NCBI GenBank assembly: GCA_040954595.2
Contig: CM082588.2
Span: 7,486,844-7,550,843, forward strand
DNA: 64,000 nucleotides
Direction of reading: 5' to 3'
Source: Balanoglossus misakiensis
Lineage: Eukaryota > Animalia > Hemichordata
Positions 52,878 through 64,000 of the stretch are shown here, piece by piece (the first letter of the stretch is position 1; every line of letters starts with the position of its first letter). A program made the position numbers and the translations under genes. The notes beneath the pieces are model-generated. The model was not told where the DNA came from. It saw only the letters and a list, made by a program, of their open reading frames with translations, and ran no database searches.

Positions 52878-54951
52878 TTAGCGCAAGTGGTCTGAGTTTA
52901 TAGACAGAAATATTTTACCAAGATTTTAAAGCAGTTTCATAATATATATAACAGTCAGATTTTACCCAACGAGGTGTACGGTAGTTTTGGTTTTATTCAC
53001 GGGAGGAAAGTCAATTCTCGATACACTGATACGAAAAGAACCCAAACCAATCTGGAAATACCACTTTCCTCCATCATCCATCGTGTTGCATGATCCCACG
53101 GCACAATATAATATAACAAAGTACCTACCAAGCAACAAGCCAACATGCAGTGAATGCATGCACAATATGAAGGCAAATATGAAAACATGAAATAGAAAAA
53201 AAAATAATACATAGAAAATAGTTAATTAGTTAATATCCCAATGGAACAATAATAAAATTAAAATGTAATGAAAGTATAATCCACAAAAATAAACTGAACA
53301 ACATCGATATAAGGTTACTTGGTACAAGAGTCTCTTAGCTGGAAGAAAAATTTAGCATGCACATTTACCCAAATGATACGAATGAACATGTGTACACAGT
53401 AATTTGTGAGGTGAATTTTATACAAAATCAAATTTCTCAACATACAAGACTATGAATCAAAAACAAAACAAAACAACAATTTTTCCAATGCCACCAGTTA
53501 CACAACCACAGTATCTACTGACAGTTGTAACGTGTGAAGGCAAACAATGTGAATGACTGATGTACATTTTGCGTGGAGTAAGTTGAAAATGAATCAACAA
53601 GAAAATGCTTAACCAGAACCATTTGTGTAGAATGAGTCTTCAGGAGGAGATTTCTGATTTCTTTATAAATATTTGGTACACTTGGCAGGTTCGCATAATT
53701 ATGTAGTTTGAACTAAATGTACTTGCATGTGGGGATATATACGTAGCATGAATCAGATGATTTCACCACTGAACACAAAAATCGACAAATGTGGCACAAT
53801 TTATATGAATACGATGGTCAAAATTCCAAGTGAAGTCAAAGTTTCATTACAATTTACTGACCCCCTTTGTCTGAATGCCAGTATGGACGCTTTTATAAAG
53901 TAGTGTACAACACCCCAAGGACATGAGAAAATCATCTCATCTATATAATTCTTTATTATTTAATTGGATCGCTGATTATTATCACACTGTCATGACAATC
54001 AAGCCTCTAGAGCAGAGATAATACTGACAAAGGACTTATTCTCATTTCTTTCACTTTTCATTGTTCTTTTAAAATGACCGAACAAAAAATAAAGACAGCT
54101 CATATGTAACATTTTCAATAAGACCCGGCATATTTGGCATGTTTATACCTGCATATCTGTGAAATACTGTCGCAAGCATACATATTTATAAGTTTTGAAC
54201 TAGAATTCTCACGCATGTCACGGTTTGATTGAGCGAGAGATTTATCTAGATGACTCATGATTTCTGCTTTAATAATGAGGTTTAATTAGAGAAGTGAAGT
54301 TTATTCATGACGTACATGTATACTTTATTGGTTAAGGACTAATTTGTGCATTTCTTTCAGATCTCAGTCTATTGTCAATGTTTTGGAAGTTTACATTTAG
54401 TAAGAATTCATGGACAGTCTTCCAGACAGCCAATCACGGGTTAAAAGTAATACACTCTGTCTCTGGCCATAGATATTCAACTCATCTTTGCATGATCTAA
54501 TTAATAATCATGTTTGTCAGTCTGCAAGCAACCTTGTAAGAATAACACAACGGGCGTGAAATAACTGACCAATTACATTCCCACCACAGAATGGGCACTG
54601 CAGAATTTAATTAACTCGGGCATTTCAGAGAAAAAGGTTGTATCTAATCTAATGCTCAGTTCCAAATTTGCCTAATTTCCGTCAAATGCAGAATATATAC
54701 ATGTATTTGTAATTTTGTAGATCCTCGGGCTGTCTCCATAAGTGGTCCTAATTAATTGAAACCAGTAGAATTATGTATGAACATCACTTATACATGTACA
54801 TGGATACAGTAATAACACGCTAATCTTTGCCGTTGTGACCAAGAGTTGTGGAACAAGATTTTAATTTCTTTAGCGAGTTAGTGCTGGCAGCAGCATCATT
54901 TAACTGAAGATTGCATGTAAAATGCATTTATTCTCATTGGAAAGAATGTAA

Positions 54952-55303
54952 AGAGACAAAGTCTCTCTCTCGCTGCCCCTTTTTTCCATTAATTATGTTT
55001 GATACAAGACACCATTTGTGTTAATGTCAATGTGCATATGTAGGCTGTAGTGAATGAACGTCTAACACACAACTTCCATCCCATTTGTAGAATATGAGAG
55101 TAAAAATGTCGCCAAAATGAATAAATGGTAGAGACTGATTATTCATTTTGGCAAGTTTTTCACTCACATGTTTATAAGCAGGATGGACGTTGTGTGTGGT
55201 CAAACGCTGATTCACTATATATCCACATATACATTAACATAAATGGCATCTTGTATCAAACATAATAAATGGAAAACGGCAGCGAGAGAGAGACTTTGTC
55301 CCT
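54952..55303. mobile_element. Foldback MITE family A, copy 1 (Kolobok-like; AG...CT ends, TTAA site)
   Basis: AGAGACAAAGTCTCTCTCTCGCTG...CAGCGAGAGAGAGACTTTGTCCCT|TTAA with long imperfect inverted arms. Left TSD is degenerate (GTAA). Homologous to 58611-58950. Confidence 0.8.
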
Positions 55304-55412
55304 TTAATAGATTTACTCAATGGAAGGAAGGAAGGAGGGGAAGATACTGAAGGATGTATTAAATTTCCAGAAATGCAGAAGTGGGAATAAAACAAACTGA
55401 GAGTCGACTAAC

Positions 55413-55678
55413 CCGGAACAATACCAAGTCTTCCCGCTCTTTGTCGTCGTGGAGTTCTTCAAACGTCGGGAATTTCGAATACAGTTGTGAAGTGCGGACA
55501 CCATCGATTCTGTATTCATCAAACTGCCCCAGTTCCAGACACACGGTCTTCTTCGCTTGTTCGTAGTACTCGTGAATAAACGGTGGCCGGCTGGCTGGCG
55601 TGAATAATTCCTTCTCGTTTACGATGTGGGCGACGAAGTGTTCCGTACGCAGACTGAAGGAATCCAAGTTGGAAACAG
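55413..55678 (-). CDS. NHSL1: NHS-like protein, exon encoding the C-terminal half of the WAVE-homology domain
   Basis: Acceptor TTATATATTACAG| at 55679-80, then (x)CT-VSNLDSFSLRTEHF...ELFTPASRPPFIHEYYEQAK, matching NHS/NHSL1 VSNLDxES...VFLPxTRPPCVEDLHRQAK. Donor CGG|GTTAGT at 55412-07, phase 0, compatible with the exon starting at 49944. Confidence 0.9.
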
Positions 55679-55885
55679 CTGTAATATATAAAATTGTTAT
55701 TTGTTTAGTACGATATTACAGATATGTCAAATACATCTAGATATATGTAGGAACTACATTGTATTGCTTCGTAGCTGTTATTCCTTGAAGAAAAATTCAA
55801 TTACTTTGATCAAAACAAATTGTCCCCCATCCCACCCCATGAGTAACTTTTTGGTGTACATGATCTTTTCAAGCTTAGAGAACTA

Positions 55886-56065
55886 CTGTAAAACGGGAAA
55901 TTTTTGCAAACAATAAATTTTCGCGAACTACACAAAATTGCGAAAATAATGTTTTATTAGATAACGATGCAGTGAAATATGAGAATGCGAAAATTAATCG
56001 TCACATAACTGTTGCTGCTTTGGATATCATGAAATTTCCTGTTGCTAAAATTTCCTGTTTTACAG
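55886..56065. mobile_element. MITE family B, copy 1 (TA TSD, Tc1/mariner-like)
   Basis: TA|CTGTAAAACGGGAAATTTT ... AAAATTTCCTGTTTTACAG|TA. Internal GATAACGATGCAGT...GCGAAAATTA...TCACATAAC is shared with 60915-61111. Confidence 0.8.
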
Positions 56066-56569
56066 TACATGTATACCAGTCAGAACTACAGTTTGGTTCA
56101 AGTGCTGCAAGGTTCTGACCAATGACTGATTCTGTTACAGTATTGATGTCTAGCAACAAGATACACCAGTAGTAGCGGTCCACAAAAACACTCGGGGATA
56201 GGATTATATATTGTACAGCCTGACTGTGCCTAAACAGGGGCTATTTATTATGCAACTGGGGCAGATGAAGGAAAAGTGTGTGAAGACAGAGGCTTGTGTT
56301 TTCCTATGTAGTAAATCATGTAAACAACATGGCTGAACATAAAATTTAATGATTGAAATCCTTGATCACTATGGCAACTGATGGTGAAAGTGAGATCAGC
56401 ACAATGTCTTATTGTCGACCCAGAAAGCTACATGGAATGAAATTAGTGACAGACATTCAAAAGGAGCTCAGATAAACATGATTTGACGTGAATTGACTCT
56501 CTATGTCGTCCAACAGAGGATGAGATGATGCACTTTCACAGCATGTACTAAGCTTACATATAAAAAGAG

Positions 56570-56925
56570 CACATTTTGATAAAATCTCAATTTAAGGTTA
56601 CATTTCTGCAGAATCTCACTTTTAGGGTACATGTATTGTAGATTCCGCCAGAATCTCGCTGTCGGGAACATTTGGCCAAAATGGGGCTGTTGGAGTCATT
56701 TTTGCCAAAATCTCAATGTTACGTCAAAATCTCATAAGACTCTCAGTAAGTTAGTAAGAAGAGTAGATTTTGCCAAAATCTTGCTGTTTGGTACTTTTGA
56801 CCAAAATCTGGCTGTTAGAGTCGATTTTGCCAAAATCTTACTGCGACAGTAGATTTTGTCAAAATCTTGCAGTAAGACTCTTAGTACATTGTAAGTTAGG
56901 ACAAGTAGATTTCAGCCAGAATCAG
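56570..56925. repeat. Degenerate ~29-bp minisatellite with palindromic GATTTTGCCAAAATC core
   Basis: Core recurs at ~56698, 56766, 56794, 56823 and 56852, with more diverged units on either side. Confidence 0.7.
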
Positions 56926-58610
56926 TGTTTCTAATGTCCATGTAAGCATTGTTCTGAATCTGGGTTAGGTACCAAATACGTAGTACAACATCAAGTCAGG
57001 AGAATACACATAAAGACACTAGCATCATACTTGTGCACATCTAACTGATGTCAATACACCTTTTTAATACAAAGAAGCACAAAAACACTTGAGGTGAAAT
57101 CTCACACCAGATCCACACCTTGGCTGAGAAACGACGGCCCATTGACCACAGATTGGAACAAAGCCAGTGGACAATGGACACGGTCCGAAGCTTTGTGAGT
57201 TTGAAGAATGGACGAAAAAAGCCGCAAATGGTCACCTTGCCCCGAAGGCTTGTGAAAGACTCCACTCAGTGGGGGAACATTCGACATACTCTTAGAAGTC
57301 ACAATGGAGCCAGGCAAAGTACTAAACAGGTCAGGTATGAAGGAGTACAATGTTTTTTCCCCCCGATTTGAATAATTTCATGGTCAGTTATTGACAGCTG
57401 ATGAAAAATAAACATTCCCTCGGTTAATTTCATGGTTCTCCTTTTTGGTGAATATCTTTTGAAATCTGGTAACCTTGTCATGAGCAGACTTGCTTGCTTG
57501 CCAAAAAGCGTGCGTACGTTTCATTGTAGCTAACAACATGGTAGCTATTCTCAAGAACCAGTTTGACATTGACTGCTCAGATCAGCGAAAACAGAATTGT
57601 TGTTGACTGGTTCATTCAATATGTCAGAAGCAGACCTACAAATTAGAACGGCCATAAATTACTCTACAAAAACTACCACATTCTCTCGCATATTATCCAG
57701 ATGGAAAGATAGATAATGTACTGGTATGTTTGATTTGACTTCAGTGAAATTATTCTCATCTCAAAGAATTCAAAATTACCTTCATTAAACTCTGATCAAA
57801 TTCTGACCTAGTTACAACAAAACCTATCTAAGCTGCAAACTGTTTCTCAGTATATCTCCTTACGACATCATCATTGATTTTTTCCCCAAACTCAGGAAAC
57901 TCCTCAATCTATTATCTCGTTTCACTGAATTAAATTTCATTACCATATCAAATGAGGAAGTATTGATTGTCACAGCAATACCTATAAAATGTGTTTAATC
58001 TCCCCCAACACTGAGATAATCTTCAATGTCTAATTAAGAGGGTGGGGGGTTAATTGCTCAAATCTATTCTGAGTCCACGATAAGCCAACCATCATTCTTG
58101 AATCTTTCAGAGAGAAATCGGATAAAATTTGGAACAATTCTGTACATGTTTTGTTAGATGAACTACATGTACACCCACTTTCGTCTACCTATCATTTTTC
58201 ATATTTCATTAAAATTATATTAAAAAATCACACACGGATCTTGAAACAAAATTATGACACCCTGCAGTGCATACAGCTTTTTAATCTATTTTTTTTTTTC
58301 ACAGCATGGTGTCGTACGTATAAAATCTGTCTAAGGTATTCGCAAAGATTTTTTCAAATTAAGCGCACAATATATAAAACTGTCCACATATATTTCGTTG
58401 GTTTTCTGCAGACAAATATAATTTCTGATAATTATTCCGAATTATACCCCCTGGGGCTAACTTCCTCATCATTTCCTCAATACAAGTGGCGTAATTTTAT
58501 TATTTTGAACAGTAAAAATTCTACATTGTTTTCGTCAAAAGTCTCACTGTACATAAACCTGAAGGCCGGCTCTGAAGGAGGAAATGTTTTCACAGTCAAA
58601 GAATGATTAA

Positions 58611-58950
58611 AGGGACAAAGTCTCTCTCTCGCTACCCTTTTTTCTATTAATTATATTTGATAAGAGACAATGTTTGTTATTCTACATGTGGATATATAGT
58701 GAATCAACGTTCAACCACACACACCTTCCATCCCGCTTGTAGAGAGTAAAAACTCGCCCGAATTAAATAAATGGTAGAGACCGATTATCCATTTTGGTGA
58801 GTTTTTCACTCTCCTGTCTACAAGCGGGATGGAAGGTGTGTGTGGTTGAACGTTGATTCACCATATATCCACATGTAGAATAACATAAACGGCGTCTTGT
58901 ATCAAACATAATTAATGGAAAAAGGCCAGCGAGAGAGAGACTTCGTCCCT
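58611..58950. mobile_element. Foldback MITE family A, copy 2 (Kolobok-like)
   Basis: TTAA|AGGGACAAAGTCTCTCTCTCGCT ... AGCGAGAGAGAGACTTCGTCCCT|TTAA. Inverted arms of ~150 bp include a long near-perfect match GTGAATCAACGTTCAACCACACACCTTCCATCCCGCTTGTAGA. Confidence 0.88.
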
Positions 58951-59864
58951 TTAAAGTCAAGGCAATAACTTGCAAACAATGGACAGGAATGCAGTAAATG
59001 GGAAATCAATAAGTCCCAAACATCGCTGAATTTAATTCCACCTCATTCAGAGTGTAACTTGAACCACTGGGTTTGCAAATACCCAAGATGTTGCACTCTG
59101 TTAAGTCCAGACTGGATCACTCAGCAAGAACTTGCACAAATTCTTTTGGTCAACCACATCCTTAGAAGTACTGGTGATAATTTGGTGTTGTGTTTATTGG
59201 TCTTTTGTCTGATGGCCAACACAGGAAAAGATTACGAATAGCAGACTAAACTCTCTCTCTTCTTTTGGGATTAGAATTTATAAATCATCCATTGATGCCA
59301 GTATACCAACAGAAACCAGAACTGACCACACGTGTAGAAGTTAAAAAGCAGAATCATGAAAATGACGCATACCTTTGGAGAAAGCATTATTTTTAACAGC
59401 TATATGTAAATTGAGAGTCAAAGAACATTTCCTTATACTTTCAAAGCAAATAAATGTCACTTTTATTATGTTGGTTGAAAATCAAGAAACCCTATTACGT
59501 GGGAATCAATCCTTTGAGGTATGCAGTATTTCACGTTTAGTGTGGTTTAAGTTCCATTTAACATCTCCCTCAATACAAGTGAGACAAGAGATGGCCAAAG
59601 CCTCTTAGAAGTCAAACAATACAGTTATACTACATGTACACTGGGTGAGAGTTAAAAGGCTTTAAAACTTTTCTCTTTTCTCTACAGTGAGATGGGATAG
59701 TCCGAGTTCAATCCAAATCCAGGCCAACACAACACAAGCAGTGTGCAATGCCAGAAACAGGACCCAAGCATATATACCCAGGCTTCTCAACACTGGTACT
59801 ATCAGGCCTGATTAAAGGCCTGTCCATACAGCTCTGAAACCCCAGTTCAGACCCAGTCCTGCAT

Positions 59865-60009
59865 AGACCACTTCGCGGATAGAATAACGCAGGGTGTTGT
59901 GGGACAGTTTGCGTTCTGAGCGTGTGCGTTTATAGCCATGTACTAGACGCTATGTTGAACGCAAATTATACCATCATGCATTGCAGATACCCTATCCGCG
60001 AAGGGGTCT
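59865..60009. mobile_element. Hairpin MITE with AT flanks (possibly PIF/ISL2EU-like)
   Basis: AT|AGACCACTTCGCGGATAG ... CTATCCGCGAAGGGGTCT|AT, with inner inverted match TTTGCGTTC/GAACGCAAA. Superfamily inferred from the AT flanks only. Confidence 0.7.
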
Positions 60010-60295
60010 ATGCCATTTCTCAGTGCCTATAACAGGTACTGATCAAATCCTGTTTTAACACTGGTCCAAAAATCTGACTGTGGTTTCTAGTTGTTTTGTA
60101 TACACACATGTACGAGACATCTGAGTCTAGGCCTTGACTTCATTCGTCACAATTAACAGGACTCTGTTGGAAGACAAGACTTTGGTAACAATACTGTATT
60201 TGGGAAGGGGGCAGTAACTGCTACTTTCTCGATGTATGTACAATACAGAACATGTATACATATGTAAAAATATATTGTTTCTTCAAAGCAATTAA

Positions 60296-60469
60296 AGGTA
60301 TACGGTCACCTCCAATTTACATATCGCCATATATAGTTGAAATGGCGTATTTGAGTGTTCTAAAGAACGCTTTATTTTCGCGTGTGCCACCCACTGAAAA
60401 TCTGTGATTGGTTAGATCTCAATTTACCATAGTAACAGTGGCTAAATTTGTATAGGTGACCGTATACCT
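60296..60469. mobile_element. MITE family C, copy 1 (Kolobok-like, TTAA TSD)
   Basis: TTAA|AGGTATACGGTCACCT ... AGGTGACCGTATACCT|TTAA: perfect 16-bp TIRs. Confidence 0.88.
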
Positions 60470-60914
60470 TTAAAAGCAGTATGTGACATACTGGTAAAAC
60501 GTCACATGACTATCCATGATATCTGTGTATTCTTGTGAAAGCCATGTATTGTTATGTCATCAGGCGGAACAATAAAATCAACAATAGCGAAATTGGTCCG
60601 GGACAAAGAGAACTTGTATCATTCAATCACTGTGAAAACAAAGTTGAAATTGTGGTTGCACAAACTGACAAAGGGTGGGAATCAAGTGCATTCTTTGTGC
60701 TGGTCTTTGGATTAAATGGTTCTTTTATATTACAGAGGTTGTTACTCTGCGGGTCTGGGTGTGGTGTCACACACCTCCCACAGAACTGCTGTATTCATCC
60801 CGTCCACACCATTGATCTCTAGAATCTCGAAATGATCAACCGCAGGAAAAACAGTTCAACAAGCAAACAAACACACCACCTACATGTAGGCTACAGTAGT
60901 ACATGTATCATCTA

Positions 60915-61111
60915 CTATAAAACAGGTTATTTTCGCTAGCAAAATTTTTTTGCGAACTATACATGTATGCAAGAGCCAAAAAACGCAAAATAAAAAGTTG
61001 CGTGAAATTTTTTCCGGAGATAACGATGCAGTTAGTGAAATAGGAGAACGCGAAAATTATTCCTCACATAACAGTTGCTTTTTCTGATATCGCGAAAATA
61101 ATCCGTTTTAG
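60915..61111. mobile_element. MITE family B, copy 2 (degenerate right end)
   Basis: TA|CTATAAAACAGGTTATTTTCGC ... GCGAAAATAATCCGTTTTAG|TA, with internal homology to 55886-56065. Confidence 0.7.
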
Positions 61112-61609
61112 TATGGAATGTTTTTTCGCCAGTCGGGATTCCAGACTATATGTACCTATCATCATGAACACTGATGTACATAAAGGGCAATACATTCAGT
61201 TTCTGCGACACGACTTTCCATGCCTTTAACAGTCCATACATTCAACCATACAGTGCTAAAACTGGCTCTTTGCTAGTTTTGAAAGCAGGCATTTTATGAA
61301 CTCTATGCCTGCAAGATATTTTAACTCCGACAATATGAGAAGTATTTTTTTCCGTTTATCGAATGCACTTAGTATGAAAGGTTAAGGTACAATTACGTAG
61401 GCCACAGTGCCTCAGTCCAAGCACTTACTTCTAACTACCATATCTAATCAAAATGGTTTGAGGCAGATTTGAAGTAAAGTTCTTGTTAAACGACAATTAT
61501 TCTCTCTCCAAGGGATTTCATTTCACATTTGCAGATAAATACATTCGCATTTCCTTACTGATTCAGCTCGACATACTTCCACATCTGTTTTCCAGTCATC
61601 TATATGTAT

Positions 61610-61648
61610 TGTTACCATGGAAATCACAGATTTTCAGTGGGTGGCACA
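61610..61648 (-). mobile_element. Internal fragment of MITE family C, inverted
   Basis: AATCACAGATTTTCAGTGGGTGGCACA is the reverse complement of TGTGCCACCCACTGAAAATCTGTGATT in the 60296 copy. Confidence 0.65.
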
Positions 61649-62559
61649 TATGATAAGTGTGCCATCATAATGGTCATTTGATGGGATTGGATACAATCCA
61701 CCTCATTCTCATATTTGCTAACTGTATTTATTTTCCTGACTATAATCATTTACTGGAGTGGAAGAAATATCACCATAAATATGAACTATTTCCTTCAATT
61801 CTTTCATTGTTGACAGAGATGACAAATACATGTAGCAAATAAAAGATATTTTCACAAATGAAATCGGTTTATGATAATCAAATATGCTACCAGATTGTAC
61901 CGATGGTATCAAACACTACAGACAATGAAAAACACTGAGGTCAGATTGAGCCAAGACCAAAGTACACCATAACCCACACAAGAATACAAGTAGAACCAGA
62001 GGCAAAATGTGAAATCATAGACAAAACTTATAAAAGTGCAGGTTCCATAAAATAAAATGTTTTGTTTACATTGCCATGAATTCTATCTCATTCAAACACA
62101 AAATAATATTGTCATAATGCTTTTACAGCTCAACAACTCTCAGTATTAAAATACTGACCAGTACATGTATGTACAACTCCATCAGCTCATATGTTGACCT
62201 TTGACCTAGTTGATTTCTAATGGTAGATGTGGTTACGTGTTTTGATGTTCTGGAATTCTGACGATGGATATTATTACTTTTAACACATGAATATACGCTT
62301 AAATTACCGATGGAATGTTTTATTTTTATTGTATTTATTTTTATTGGAAAGTGCGCGAGAAAGTAAGTTTCCATTGGAGAGTATTTTCGAACTGAAGAGT
62401 GATGTGAAGACATATGCGAGGAATCTCGGTTGTGAATTTCTTGCAGTACATTGATAGTGGTGAGAAAATGGCCATTAGTGAATTTTGAGGAAAAAAGTAA
62501 AATATCAAGTCACATGTGGCAAAACTCAATGCAATGGTTACCAAAAATTATTGACCTAA

Positions 62560-62632
62560 TATGTACATTTGTACATACCTATGTACATGTACGTGTAAAT
62601 GTACATGTAAATGTACACATACATATATATAC
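62560..62632. repeat. Degenerate TGTACA/TACA low-complexity repeat
   Basis: ATGTACATTTGTACATACCTATGTACATGTACGTGTAAATGTACATGTAAATGTACACATACATATATAT. Confidence 0.6.
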
Positions 62633-62754
62633 ATCAGGATACTTGTACATTTATAAATACAAGATTTCATTCTCAAATGGACTAGTAATGTCCTCACATT
62701 TTTTATTGCAATGAAGACTACATGTAGACTAGATGTGTTTCAAGCCTTATTTAA

Positions 62755-62945
62755 AGGTATACGGTCACCTCCAATTTACATACGCCCATATATGGCTGAA
62801 ATGGCGTATTTGAATGTTCTAAAGAACATACATGTATGGTGGTGCTTTTTTTTTCGCCCGTGCCACCCATTGAAAATCTATGATTGGCTAGATCTTAATT
62901 TCACATGGTAACTTTAGCTAAATTTGCATAGGTGACCGTATACCT
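62755..62945. mobile_element. MITE family C, copy 2 (Kolobok-like, TTAA TSD)
   Basis: TTAA|AGGTATACGGTCACCT ... AGGTGACCGTATACCT|TTAA; colinear with 60296-60469. Confidence 0.88.
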
Positions 62946-64000
62946 TTAATTCATAATACTGTGCATGCATGTTTGTTGTTAGATTGAGGATGACGTCACC
63001 ATATTGGCACGTAGGATACCATACACCTAACCATCTGTTGAGAGTGAATGCAGTGCAGTGAGTTCTACACAGAATAAACCGACAAAAACCACTAAAACTC
63101 CCAAAACATAACTGCTACAAATCTTGCGAGTCACAAGATTGAATGTTTACAATTTATCTGTGAAATCATTCATTATTTTAGTATCAGGAAGATACTTCTA
63201 GTTTCACTTCCATTTTGTCTCTTCAAAATAATTCTTTTCCCACAGTGTTGGGTTTCCTCCTCTGTAGTGTCATTTCCCTCACAGTTTAATTTTGAAAAAA
63301 AAAATTCCTGTTACTTTAAATAAAATATATGTGAAAGGAACTTATACTGTTTCAGTACTGTCAGTATAAGCTCAGCAATATTATTTTGTGGCTAAAATTA
63401 GCAACACCAGCTGTTGAACTGACTGGATTAGAAATTTGAGGTCAGACTACTTGTACATATGGCACACTTTTACAGTAAAACTCATACATGTACTCTGTAA
63501 CAAGAACCATGGCACTTCACACAAGCCCAGCTACAAGTATAATCATCAATTTTTTGCTGGAAGCGAGACTCTTAAACTTGACATTGACCCCAACACTCAC
63601 TCGAGAATTCTTCTAAAAGTTTTTTTTCACATCACATCTTACTTATAATAACTTAATAAGTCTTCAACAGCAGACAAACTAATACAGATGGCAGTACAAG
63701 GTGTCTTTGCAGTGAAGGGTGATGTGACCTGACATTGAACTCTGAATTTAAACTTGGCAGTGATTCAATACAAATTTCTCCTTATTATGGTAAAGAGCCA
63801 CAGTCACTCACGTTTGACATTGACAATGGGCATGCACTTACACTATAGTAATATAGAGCACCATATTCACTAGTCTAGTATCTAGCAATGTGTTGTCCAC
63901 TACATGTATGGAAAGCAGACAACAAGCGGCTGGATACTACATTTTCACTGACTTGTATTTGACAGCACTATAATACATGTACACGTAATTTGACTGTAAA

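Noticed and set aside
52400-52910. Possible micro-exon disrupted by the Harbinger-like MITE (CTCAG|...GAG|GTAAGT) and a ~50-codon frame after it
   Set aside because: The reconstructed exon is 25 nt, which would frameshift between phase-0 neighbours. No family motif; needs RNA evidence.
57041-57569. Cluster of 60-83 aa ORFs as the missing first exon or a transposase relic
   Set aside because: No WHD similarity, no convincing phase-1 donor and no recognisable transposase or RT motif.
50734-63648. Remaining short intronic ORFs in the ORF track
   Set aside because: AT-rich random ORFs or MITE translations (e.g. 55027-55215 and 58763-58975 are both family A).

Overview
Eukaryotic (metazoan, probably marine invertebrate; this is inference) genomic DNA in two sharply separated parts. 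(1) 1-38,890 is one head-to-tail array of an 88-bp AT-rich satellite, about 440 monomers. It shows variant zonation, higher-order block duplications and two ~20%-diverged edge monomers. It ends in an (ATAC)n microsatellite and a ~90-bp cap carrying a decayed hammerhead-ribozyme-like motif on the minus strand. (2) ~39,200-64,000 holds the 3' part of a minus-strand NHS/NHSL1/GUK-holder family gene transcribed toward the satellite. Four phase-compatible coding exons (55413-55678, 49203-49944, 46446-47714, 42914-45318) give about 1,560 codons. The 5' exon(s) were not found and probably lie beyond the window. A likely ~3.7-kb 3' UTR ends ~350 bp from the array. Introns and UTR carry many non-autonomous DNA transposons (TTAA, TTA, TA and AT target-site classes) and a strong excess of TACATGTA. 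Best leads: a SILK-SILK-RVxF PP1-docking cassette and a WH2-like motif in the NHS-like protein; the ribozyme-like or Helentron-like cap between the poly(A) site and the satellite; layered satellite evolution; and TACATGTA as possible transposon excision footprints. All calls were made by eye with no database searches.
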